Positions 45,491 to 52,423 of a DNA stretch of 52,423 nt are shown here, piece by piece. This stretch comes from a virus (Duplodnaviria > Caudoviricetes). Positions within the stretch are counted from its first letter, which is position 1; the number at the start of each line of letters is the position of its first letter. The position numbers were made by a program, and so were the translations under genes. Location of the stretch: positions 1 through 52,423 of IMG/VR virus record IMGVR_UViG_3300031957_002670; one strand, 5' to 3'. The notes beneath the pieces are model-generated. The model made no database searches. It saw nothing but the letters and a program-made list of their open reading frames with translations, and was not told the DNA's origin.

Positions 45491-47169
45491 ATGTTATTGG
45501 ACTTTATGGTGCGATTGGATGGAACGTTTTAATTTCTGATAATCCTCGTTTGAGAGAACAAATGAATGAAAGTTGGACACATGGAGCAAGTGTGTCTTTA
45601 TTTTCTAATGGAAATCATGTAACTAGTATCAGTGAAGAAAGACTTACTGGTATTAAATATGATGGAAACTTTCCACGAAAATCGATAGACTATTGTTTAT
45701 CGACAGGAAATCTTTCCAAAGAAGATATTGATGTAGTTGTCGTTCCATCGATGGCAAATACAAACTTCTATAAGAATTATATTAATCAAACTCTTCAATC
45801 TAAAGTTAAAAGATATTTTCCAAAAGCAAAAGTTGAGATAGTATCACATCATATGTGTCATGCATATTCATCAGTGTTCTCTTCAGATTACAATGAAGGA
45901 ACATTTATTACGATGGATAATGCTGGATCTATTTTATTCAATTCTACTGGCAATGCTTTTTCTACAGAGAATCATTCTATAGGATACTTTAATAAAGAAA
46001 AAGGTATTTTTAGGTATCATCCCGGTATTCCTGAAATGAATAACTTTGGAAATTATTATTGGGCTTGGGCATATCAAATTTATGTTGAGATGGTTCAGAA
46101 ACAAATTGATATTACTGATCCAAAGTATCGTGAGACATTCTGTGGCAAGGTCATGGGTCTTTCGGCATATGGTAATATAAAGGAGTTTGAAAAAGATTAT
46201 CGACAAACTTTCGAAGGTATCCCTTCAGTTACATTCAATTCTTTTCCTGGACAGGACTATGTTTATGGGAACATGAGTCCAGAGAACAAAGCAAGAACTC
46301 TTCAACATAATTTTGAGCAGGGAATGCTTGTTTATATGAAGACACTCAAAGAGCAAGGATATATTGATGACAATCTTTGCCTTGCTGGTGGTGTGTTTCT
46401 GAATATTCTCACAAACTCTGTCATTCGTAAGAATGAAATTGTAAAGAATATGCACATCCCACCATTTCCTGACGATACTGGATTATCATTTGGTGCTGCA
46501 TGTTATGGTGTTTTTAAGACAAAAGAAAAAGTAACTCTCCCACATAATATTTCACTTCTTGGACGCACTTATAGTGACGAAGAGATTGAGAAAGCACTTG
46601 AAGGGAAAAACTATAAGAAGTTTGATAACTTTGAAGAACTGTGTGAGAAGGTTGCTAAACTTCTTGCTGATAATAAAATTGTTGGATGGTTTCAAAATCG
46701 TTCAGAGTTTGGACCTAGAGCACTTGGTTCTCGTTCAATTCTGATGAACCCATCATTAAAAGAAAATAAAAAGACAATCAATACTCGTATTAAACATAGA
46801 GAAGAGTGGCGTCCATTTGCGGGCATTATGCTTGAAGAATATCAAGAAGAATACTTTATAGATGTATATCCAAATGAATATATGCTATACTCTCTGGTAG
46901 TAAAACCACATCAAAGAAAGAAACTTGGTGCGATCACACATAAAGATTTCTCATGTAGAATTCAAACTGTAAATGAAAAATTGCATCCAGAAGTTACAAC
47001 ACTTCTTCAAAAATATAACAAAGAAACTGATTGTCCGGTTCTTTTAAATACTTCTTTCAATGATAATGGTCAACCAATTGTAGAGAATCCAAAAGATGCT
47101 ATTAAAACTTTTGAAAGTATTGATCTAGATTGTCTTGTAATTGGAAATTATTTTTTAATCGGAAGTTAA
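45487..47169 (+). CDS. O-carbamoyltransferase (NodU/CmcH/TobZ family)
   Basis: SEERL, HHMCHAYS, GKVMGLSAYG, LAGGVFLN, EFGPRALGSRSIL, KHREEWRPFA, LNTSFN. Confidence 0.93.
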   Translation: MNVIGLYGAIGWNVLISDNPRLREQMNESWTHGASVSLFSNGNHVTSISEERLTGIKYDGNFPRKSIDYCLSTGNLSKEDIDVVVVPSMANTNFYKNYINQTLQSKVKRYFPKAKVEIVSHHMCHAYSSVFSSDYNEGTFITMDNAGSILFNSTGNAFSTENHSIGYFNKEKGIFRYHPGIPEMNNFGNYYWAWAYQIYVEMVQKQIDITDPKYRETFCGKVMGLSAYGNIKEFEKDYRQTFEGIPSVTFNSFPGQDYVYGNMSPENKARTLQHNFEQGMLVYMKTLKEQGYIDDNLCLAGGVFLNILTNSVIRKNEIVKNMHIPPFPDDTGLSFGAACYGVFKTKEKVTLPHNISLLGRTYSDEEIEKALEGKNYKKFDNFEELCEKVAKLLADNKIVGWFQNRSEFGPRALGSRSILMNPSLKENKKTINTRIKHREEWRPFAGIMLEEYQEEYFIDVYPNEYMLYSLVVKPHQRKKLGAITHKDFSCRIQTVNEKLHPEVTTLLQKYNKETDCPVLLNTSFNDNGQPIVENPKDAIKTFESIDLDCLVIGNYFLIGS

Positions 47170-47172
47170 TTT

Positions 47173-47416
47173 ATGAATTTTAAAGTATACACAAAAGAAA
47201 ATTGTCCTCACTGTTATAAGATTAAACAAGTACTGGAGTTGACAGGAACACAGTTCGTATCTTATAATCTTGAAGAAGACTTTACGCGAGAAGAATTCTA
47301 TGCTAAATTTGGTAGGGGTTCTACTTTTCCGCAAGTAGTATGTGACAATAAAAAAATTAGGAGGATGTGTTGACACAATCAAATTCCTCAGAGAACAACA
47401 AGTCATCAAGTCTTAA
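47173..47416 (+). pseudogene. Glutaredoxin, frameshifted at an A7 run (47350-47356)
   Basis: CPHC and TFPQV present; removing one A gives ...KKLGGCVDTIKFLREQQVIKS*. Confidence 0.8.
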
Positions 47417-47594
47417 CATAAATAAAAATGAAGACCACATAAATCGTGGTGTTGAATTCTTGCTCAATGGAGGTAAGAGAAAGCAGACACAACCATTTCA
47501 TATTATCTTTGAAAAGATGGTCTGCTTTCTGAGACGGGAAGTAACTATCTATTTCGAATTTTCTATCAGAGCAAAGAGAAACATTGATTTCTAA
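47367..47594 (+). CDS. Cyanophage hypothetical protein (start uncertain, 3' end possibly chimeric)
   Basis: INRGVEFLL...REVTIYFEFS; follows glutaredoxin. Confidence 0.5.
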   Translation: MLTQSNSSENNKSSSLNINKNEDHINRGVEFLLNGGKRKQTQPFHIIFEKMVCFLRREVTIYFEFSIRAKRNIDF

Positions 47595-47709
47595 TGTTAC
47601 AACAGTTGATGAACTCAAAGGTCTTTATGAATCATCAGTGACTGGTATTGGTACTGAAGTAGTTGTAAATTCACCAGTAATGCCTGAGTGGCATTCTGTA
47701 AATATCTAA
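47566..47709 (+). pseudogene. 3' remnant of a tail-fibre-assembly-like gene
   Basis: SEQRETLISNVTTVDELKGLY...GIGT...MPEWHSVNI*; no ATG near its 5' end, in-frame stop at 47542. Confidence 0.45.
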
Positions 47710-47711
47710 AA

Positions 47712-47855
47712 TCTCATAATGGTAATATTTCATTTTATGGTGCTACTCCACTCAATTATTTTAGTTGTTATATTGGCGGAACTGCTTGGGGTACAGTTCT
47801 TGCAGATATCACTAATAAATACCTCATTGGCACTTTTCACTACAATGCTGACTGA
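47712..47855 (+). pseudogene. 3' remnant of a fibre-like gene
   Basis: SHNGNISFYG...YLIGTFHYNAD*; coding-like codons, no ATG or SD. Confidence 0.35.
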
Positions 47856-47859
47856 TAGG

Positions 47860-47916
47860 ACCACTTGACAAACTGTCACAACTGACCTCCACTTTTACGA
47901 GTGGGGGTCTTATAGT
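47860..47916 (+). promoter_or_regulatory. Early promoter with upstream quasi-palindrome and internal hairpin
   Basis: ACCAC-N8-CTGTC, 10 nt, TCCACT-N17-TATAGT; hairpin GACCTCCACT/AGTGGGGGTC at 47884-47909. Confidence 0.6.
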
Positions 47917-47937
47917 ATGTGGAGTTATACCAAGGAG

Positions 47938-48039
47938 ATGACCACTACTCATAAACTAATCTTCATTGTGTCATTCATGTGGATGATGAATTGGGGGACC
48001 AGAATTGTGTATCAAGGACTATCTCATGCATTGTATTAG
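47938..48039 (+). CDS. Small hydrophobic peptide (33 aa)
   Basis: AAGGAG immediately upstream; MTTTHKLIFIVSFMWMMNWGTRIV. Confidence 0.55.
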   Translation: MTTTHKLIFIVSFMWMMNWGTRIVYQGLSHALY

Positions 48040-48364
48040 TATCAACCTCCCAGACCACCCTATATCCGATTGTAGACCACTTATTGAGTGGTTCTTGATA
48101 GAATACCTATCTGACTATTCAGTAGACCTTACAGTAGTTTATATGGACCTATCTGATGAGGGTGTTGATGGTTGGTGTATGAGAGAAGATGACCATGAGT
48201 TTCTAATTCAAATTGATGAGAGACTTGATGGTGCAGAACACACCAAGACTATTCTACATGAATTGTATCATATGTTTCAACATTTGAAAAATATTCCTCG
48301 GTGTGAACGATGTGCTCGTATGAGTGAACAACAGAACCTTGACAGATATACAAAAGGTCTATAG
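48026..48364 (+). CDS. HExxH zinc metallopeptidase-like protein
   Basis: GWC...FLIQID...TILHELYHMFQ. Confidence 0.65.
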   Translation: MHCISINLPDHPISDCRPLIEWFLIEYLSDYSVDLTVVYMDLSDEGVDGWCMREDDHEFLIQIDERLDGAEHTKTILHELYHMFQHLKNIPRCERCARMSEQQNLDRYTKGL

Positions 48365-48367
48365 AAT
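48339..48367 (+). promoter_or_regulatory. sigma70-type promoter
   Basis: TTGACA-N17-TAGAAT. Confidence 0.75.
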
Positions 48368-48451
48368 AGGCTTGTCCCGGTTGATAGATGAGTTATAGGT
48401 ACAAAGTTACTCACCTTCAAATGACCACTGTATTGTAAGAGACACCACTCT

Positions 48452-48646
48452 ATGAAACCCAAATTCGTTTGTGTTGAACCAAAAAATAGTAAATCGAAGA
48501 ATCGATTTTACAATCTCATGCATGAACTTCATTCATGTCGTGTAGAACAAGAGACAGAAGACCAGATGTTTCTTTCTTCTATCAGTGGAAGGTATCACTT
48601 CTGGATGAACAAAACTAACGATGAAAACTGGAACGTAATCAAATGA
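48452..48646 (+). CDS. Hypothetical protein
   Basis: 64-aa ORF, ATGA-coupled to the next gene. Confidence 0.7.
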   Translation: MKPKFVCVEPKNSKSKNRFYNLMHELHSCRVEQETEDQMFLSSISGRYHFWMNKTNDENWNVIK

Positions 48647-48915
48647 CAAAATATGATGAGGTATGGGAACTTATGAATGACCTTGAACAGTCATTCAGTC
48701 ATATTGCTACCATTGAGTTTCTATCAGGTAAACTGGTAGAAGCATCTAATAGCAATAATCGTCAAGATGTTGTAGACATTAGTCACGCATTACTTGCATT
48801 TGTTCCTGTTTTTACTAAGAACTTTGACGAGAATTTTAAGAAATGTTGGGAAGGGGTAGTCACACCAGAACTCAAAGATTATAATTTGATAGATAAAGAT
48901 ATGACAGAGAATTAA
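48643..48915 (+). CDS. Hypothetical protein
   Basis: 90-aa ORF in a tightly packed run. Confidence 0.7.
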   Translation: MTKYDEVWELMNDLEQSFSHIATIEFLSGKLVEASNSNNRQDVVDISHALLAFVPVFTKNFDENFKKCWEGVVTPELKDYNLIDKDMTEN

Positions 48916-48918
48916 CAC

Positions 48919-49074
48919 ATGAGCCTACCATCAAACAGTAAAAAACTTAACAAAACACAAATCGAAAGTATTGAAAACGCTGTCAAAGATGTAGGCATCA
49001 AGGCTATTCATCCTGATAAGATGGAGGAGTTTGCAGCTTATCTTGTGGACAAGGTTAAAAACTCTAATGGATGA
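48919..49074 (+). CDS. Small hypothetical protein (51 aa)
   Basis: Read by hand: MSLPSNSKKL...AIHPDKMEEFAAYLVDKVK; fills the gap between neighbours. Confidence 0.6.
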   Translation: MSLPSNSKKLNKTQIESIENAVKDVGIKAIHPDKMEEFAAYLVDKVKNSNG

Positions 49075-49216
49075 AATGGAAACACTCACTCTTGCTATGC
49101 AACAAATTGAGACTACACTTGATCTAATCAAAGGTAATGACTACGAAACTTACATGAATCTCAAACTTATTTCAGTCTATTATGAGTTACAACGACAACT
49201 TGACAATCTCTCGTAA
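49067..49216 (+). CDS. Small hypothetical protein
   Basis: Likely start MDEMETL within ORF 49031..49216. Confidence 0.6.
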   Translation: MDEMETLTLAMQQIETTLDLIKGNDYETYMNLKLISVYYELQRQLDNLS

Positions 49217-49228
49217 CTAACTTATACT
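49200..49228 (+). promoter_or_regulatory. sigma70-type promoter
   Basis: TTGACA-N17-TATACT. Confidence 0.8.
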
Positions 49229-49250
49229 ATTAAGGTAATTCTCAAGACTA

Positions 49251-49481
49251 ATGAAATTTATCTACATTGTTGACCATTATGTACCATTTCCCTCATCAGA
49301 ATATGGTGGAGTGTGGAATGTTGTTGCAGAAAATGATGAAGAATGTTTTGACTTAATTACTGAAGAAGATGGTTATTACTCTCAGTATTTCAGTGAATTA
49401 AGACAGAATATCAACAAGGCCGATAAATATTCTTTGTTAGATGAACTACCATCTAAAGTTGTAACTTCGTTCCTAACTTAA
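49251..49481 (+). CDS. Hypothetical protein
   Basis: YIVDHYVPFPSSEYGGVWNVVA; directly downstream of a promoter. Confidence 0.75.
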   Translation: MKFIYIVDHYVPFPSSEYGGVWNVVAENDEECFDLITEEDGYYSQYFSELRQNINKADKYSLLDELPSKVVTSFLT

Positions 49482-49483
49482 TC

Positions 49484-49714
49484 ATGTCACAACCACGTCA
49501 ACGGGATGTTAATGATCCCCTCTATGACCCAAATGATAAGTACAATGCCTATAAGGTAGACTTGCATACAAATGAGACCCATTCTGATGATGAATGGGAT
49601 CCCACGACAGAGGGTAAGATTGCAGACCCATCAGAACGTCATAAAGATAAAATTCTAGACAAGTTCTGTGATGACCATCCTGGTTCACCAATGTGTAAAG
49701 TTTTCGATGACTGA
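49484..49714 (+). CDS. Acidic protein with a CP12-like C-terminal motif
   Basis: Ends LDKFCDDHPGSPMCKVFDD (C-x8-C-x5). Confidence 0.6.
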   Translation: MSQPRQRDVNDPLYDPNDKYNAYKVDLHTNETHSDDEWDPTTEGKIADPSERHKDKILDKFCDDHPGSPMCKVFDD

Positions 49715-49898
49715 TTCACAAAAAGACGCACTCAATCTTATGATTGAAAGTGTAATCAAACCTGATACTCGTCTCCGTGGTTGTGCATACAATCAGGGGT
49801 GTTATGATGAATTGATGGAATGGCGTCAAAAGATGCTTGACCTACTCTATAGTTATGAAAAAGATGGAATTTCCGCATCAGCCTCCACAGGGGTATGA
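49707..49898 (+). CDS. Hypothetical protein
   Basis: Likely start MTDSQKDALNLMIES, overlapping the upstream stop. Confidence 0.65.
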   Translation: MTDSQKDALNLMIESVIKPDTRLRGCAYNQGCYDELMEWRQKMLDLLYSYEKDGISASASTGV

Positions 49899-50145
49899 AT
49901 ATTGGACCGATGATTATTCAAAGACCGTCAAACGTATCTGGATAAGAAACATCGGTTATGATTTTGTTGGGTGTTCAGAAAAACATCCAAGTTCAGTATG
50001 GGGTTTCTTTTGTAGAAAGAAAGGAGTGTTTATGGCTCCTGTCAACTATAAGAAACCAGGTAAAATAGTAAATATTTTAGATACAACTCCATACTCAGCT
50101 ATGAAGTTAAATCTCAATCCACTCATGGCAGCATTCTTCTCATGA
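49864..50145 (+). CDS. Hypothetical protein
   Basis: MEFPHQPPQGYEY...VWGF...TTPYSAM...LNPL. Confidence 0.7.
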   Translation: MEFPHQPPQGYEYWTDDYSKTVKRIWIRNIGYDFVGCSEKHPSSVWGFFCRKKGVFMAPVNYKKPGKIVNILDTTPYSAMKLNLNPLMAAFFS

Positions 50146-50324
50146 ATCCAGACACAATAACATTATCTACTCCATCAAGGTCTTTTGCCTATGAAAGGGC
50201 ATCAAGAGATATTGATACTTGTGATGATATAAAAGAAATCAAAAATATGTTACGTTGTTATATCAAACTATATTTTAAACAACAAGAAACATTATCTTCT
50301 ATCGGTGTCCCCACAAAAGAGTGA
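50142..50324 (+). CDS. Small helical hypothetical protein (weakly NblA-like)
   Basis: 60 aa, overlapping both neighbours; ITLSTPSRSFAYE...YIKLYFKQQE. Confidence 0.65.
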   Translation: MNPDTITLSTPSRSFAYERASRDIDTCDDIKEIKNMLRCYIKLYFKQQETLSSIGVPTKE

Positions 50325-50329
50325 TTATT

Positions 50330-50587
50330 ATGTCTGATTATGTACCACAAGTGAATGATTATGTAAAATGGGAGACAACCGCAGGTATTCACGAAGGGTG
50401 GGTATATTATAGAGACCAAGAAGATGAATATATTACGATTGAACTTGGTACAAAACCAAAACCATATTGTACGGTAACTCGTAATCATATACACTGTAAG
50501 TACCACACTTTATTGTTATGTTATCAACGTGATTGGAAAAAGTTACGATACATAAAAAAGAGAGATTCAATTTACGATGAAGATTAA
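50330..50587 (+). CDS. Hypothetical protein
   Basis: YVPQVNDYVKW...EGWVYY...YITIE. Confidence 0.7.
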   Translation: MSDYVPQVNDYVKWETTAGIHEGWVYYRDQEDEYITIELGTKPKPYCTVTRNHIHCKYHTLLLCYQRDWKKLRYIKKRDSIYDED

Positions 50588-51239
50588 AGCTTTACTATTA
50601 AGTCTGATGATGTTTGGTACATTACCAGCAATTGCACAACCAGAAGTTGAACCATTTTCATACGATTCAATGGGTTGTATGTTACTGGAAGAGTGCACTG
50701 AAGGTGTAGAACCAGTTTGGGGTATTGATTATCTTGTACAACAATATCCTGACTCTGATTGGAACCCAGTTGCAGAAGAGTTCAGTCGTATTTTGAATGC
50801 ATTGACTCTTATTGATGTTCAAGTATATCTTGCGGATGAAAAATATTTTCCTGTCGGACACCGTGGTGTATATCATACAGTAGGAAATAATTTCTTCTTG
50901 AACCGAGCATTTATGCATCGTCCTAGTACTCTTATGTCTGTGATGAGACATGAAGGTTGGCATGCAGCCCAGGATTGTATGGCTGGAACGATTGATAATT
51001 CCATGATTGCTATTATCAAACCAGAGGAAGATGTTCCTATGTTGTGGCAAGAAATGGTAGAACGTACTTATCCAGTATCGGCACAACCATGGGAGAAAGA
51101 GGCAACTTGGGCAGGTAAAACTGAAGGTATGACTCAACTAGCACTTGAATCCTGTGCTCGTGGTACAATGTGGACCGATTATTCTCCCACGCCTATGACA
51201 AGGGAATGGTTGGTTGAGAATGGTTATATCAAAAATTGA
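50577..51239 (+). CDS. Signal-peptide-bearing HExxH metalloprotease-like protein
   Basis: MKIKALLLSLMMFGTLPAIA signal-like N-terminus; RHEGWHAAQDC; EKEA. Confidence 0.75.
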   Translation: MKIKALLLSLMMFGTLPAIAQPEVEPFSYDSMGCMLLEECTEGVEPVWGIDYLVQQYPDSDWNPVAEEFSRILNALTLIDVQVYLADEKYFPVGHRGVYHTVGNNFFLNRAFMHRPSTLMSVMRHEGWHAAQDCMAGTIDNSMIAIIKPEEDVPMLWQEMVERTYPVSAQPWEKEATWAGKTEGMTQLALESCARGTMWTDYSPTPMTREWLVENGYIKN

Positions 51240-51927
51240 TCCTAATATTATTGGTCGGTTTTGTGAGAATGAATTCCTCAATTCCGACGCATTAATAACT
51301 ATTCATAATTGGATAAGAAATCAAGAGTGGGAAGATGGAATAAAATCTTTACATTGGCTTGGTGATAGAAATCTACATGACCTGAAAAGAAATCAAGGAA
51401 CAAAAAAAGAACTTCCTGGTTATATTTTCTGGCCTCATGTAGATAACAATCAAAGATTTACTAGGTTTACAGAACCAAAACAGAGTTCATCTATACATTG
51501 TACAAGAACACCTACAGGTGGATATTATAAACCACATTTTGATGATTATAAGTTAGGACATTTTTCTACTACAATTTTTCTTAATGAACCTGATGAATAT
51601 GATGGTGGTGAGTTAGTATTATGGTTGGATGGTAAAGAACAATTTTTTAAACCAAAAGCAGGTCATGGTATAACATATGAGACTGGAATTGGTCATCGTG
51701 TTAATACTGTTACCAAAGGAGAACGATTAGCTATTGTTTTTTGGACAACATCTAGGTGGACTGATATTAATATGTTTAGAAAGTTCAAATATTATGATTA
51801 TATGACACAATATTCTTATGATGATAAAGTATATGACACATTAGATGGATATTGTAATAGTGCACAGACAGTAATTAGAAAACGAACAGAGAACATCCTC
51901 AATGGACAGTTTAGAGACTGTCCATAA
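51220..51927 (+). CDS. 2OG-Fe(II) oxygenase (PKHD/PiuC-like)
   Basis: YKPHFD, STTIFLNEPDEYDGGEL, HRVNTVTKGERLAIVFW. Confidence 0.88.
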   Translation: MVISKIDPNIIGRFCENEFLNSDALITIHNWIRNQEWEDGIKSLHWLGDRNLHDLKRNQGTKKELPGYIFWPHVDNNQRFTRFTEPKQSSSIHCTRTPTGGYYKPHFDDYKLGHFSTTIFLNEPDEYDGGELVLWLDGKEQFFKPKAGHGITYETGIGHRVNTVTKGERLAIVFWTTSRWTDINMFRKFKYYDYMTQYSYDDKVYDTLDGYCNSAQTVIRKRTENILNGQFRDCP

Positions 51928-51960
51928 GACCTTGACTTCTTGACCTAAATACCCTATATT
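51904..51960 (+). promoter_or_regulatory. Early promoter with perfect upstream palindrome
   Basis: GGACAGT-N6-ACTGTCC, then TTGACT-N17-TATATT. Confidence 0.75.
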
Positions 51961-51986
51961 GTATGGGTAGTCAATCAGGAGTTCTC

Positions 51987-52163
51987 ATGTCTGCCACCTA
52001 TTTTCCACGCAAAACCAAATACCGTGTAACTCTAGAGCTTGATGTCATGGATGATTTCAATGCACATAATCTAGATTGGGAAAAGATCCTTGACCTTCAA
52101 GGTGATGAACATGTTGAGACATATGTGGAAGATTTGAGTGTGCCTGACCACTTCTTCTCCTGA
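51987..52163 (+). CDS. Small acidic hypothetical protein
   Basis: AGGAG SD at 51977-51981; KYRVTLELDV...DWEKILDL. Confidence 0.7.
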   Translation: MSATYFPRKTKYRVTLELDVMDDFNAHNLDWEKILDLQGDEHVETYVEDLSVPDHFFS

Positions 52164-52177
52164 TAATATATGGAGGT

Positions 52178-52185
52178 GATAAATA
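52178..52185 (+). promoter_or_regulatory. T4-type late promoter
   Basis: GATAAATA 22 nt before ATG 52208. Confidence 0.55.
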
Positions 52186-52207
52186 TATTATATTGTCACC
52201 TCCACAA

Positions 52208-52399
52208 ATGACGTACTATCTCACTAAACCATGTTCGATTCAGTCATCAAAGACATTATATTACACTGGCAATAGTGTATGGTCTGATGACATTTCAGAC
52301 AAAAAGAATTTTCCTACTAGAGGACCATTAGACACACTAGTTGCAAATGCTGATGGTACATCTGGTGGTTTCAAAACATCAACAGTGGTGAAGTCATGA
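52208..52399 (+). CDS. Small late (possibly virion) protein
   Basis: MTYYLTKP...YYTGNSVWSDD; late promoter upstream. Confidence 0.65.
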   Translation: MTYYLTKPCSIQSSKTLYYTGNSVWSDDISDKKNFPTRGPLDTLVANADGTSGGFKTSTVVKS

Positions 52400-52423
52400 A
52401 GAATTTACAACTTTTTTTAGAAC
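52396..52423 (+). CDS. 5' end of the next gene (partial)
   Basis: ATGA overlap; MKNLQLFLE runs off the window. Confidence 0.45.

Noticed and set aside
47865-47870. TTGACA as a -35 box
   Set aside because: No -10 at 16-18 nt spacing; it lies in the spacer of the palindromic motif.

Overview
A 52-kb segment of a T4-like cyanophage (cyanomyovirus) genome, AT-rich and mostly + strand. From left to right it carries: a DUF4278-type peptide gene; thyX, phoH, an exonuclease, gp33, gp59, DUF1825 and gp32; a short minus-strand block (gp53, gp48, gp2-like, gp4); a baseplate-hub/tail module (tube-initiator-like, gp26, gp51, two tape-measure-like proteins with cell-wall hydrolase domains, a gp27-like hub, a split gp5, three paralogues sharing one domain); a small early-gene island with a candidate sRNA and a GIY-YIG homing endonuclease; four large tail/fibre genes, the last (2586 aa) built from ~100 17-aa repeats; a sulfotransferase, GT9-like glycosyltransferase and carbamoyltransferase directly after that fibre; a frameshifted glutaredoxin and two gene remnants; and a cluster of small early genes. 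The best leads are (i) a possible fibre-decoration system (sequon-rich fibre plus three transferases), (ii) a phased T-TTT-TTC -1 frameshift that would fuse gp26 to gp51, like lambda G/GT, (iii) fibre repeats with frozen silent sites but hypervariable codons, and (iv) several non-coding elements (gene-32-like pseudoknot, promoter/terminator-bounded sRNA, half of a glutamine-II riboswitch, a repeated palindrome above early promoters). All family assignments come from motif recognition and gene order by eye; no searches were run.
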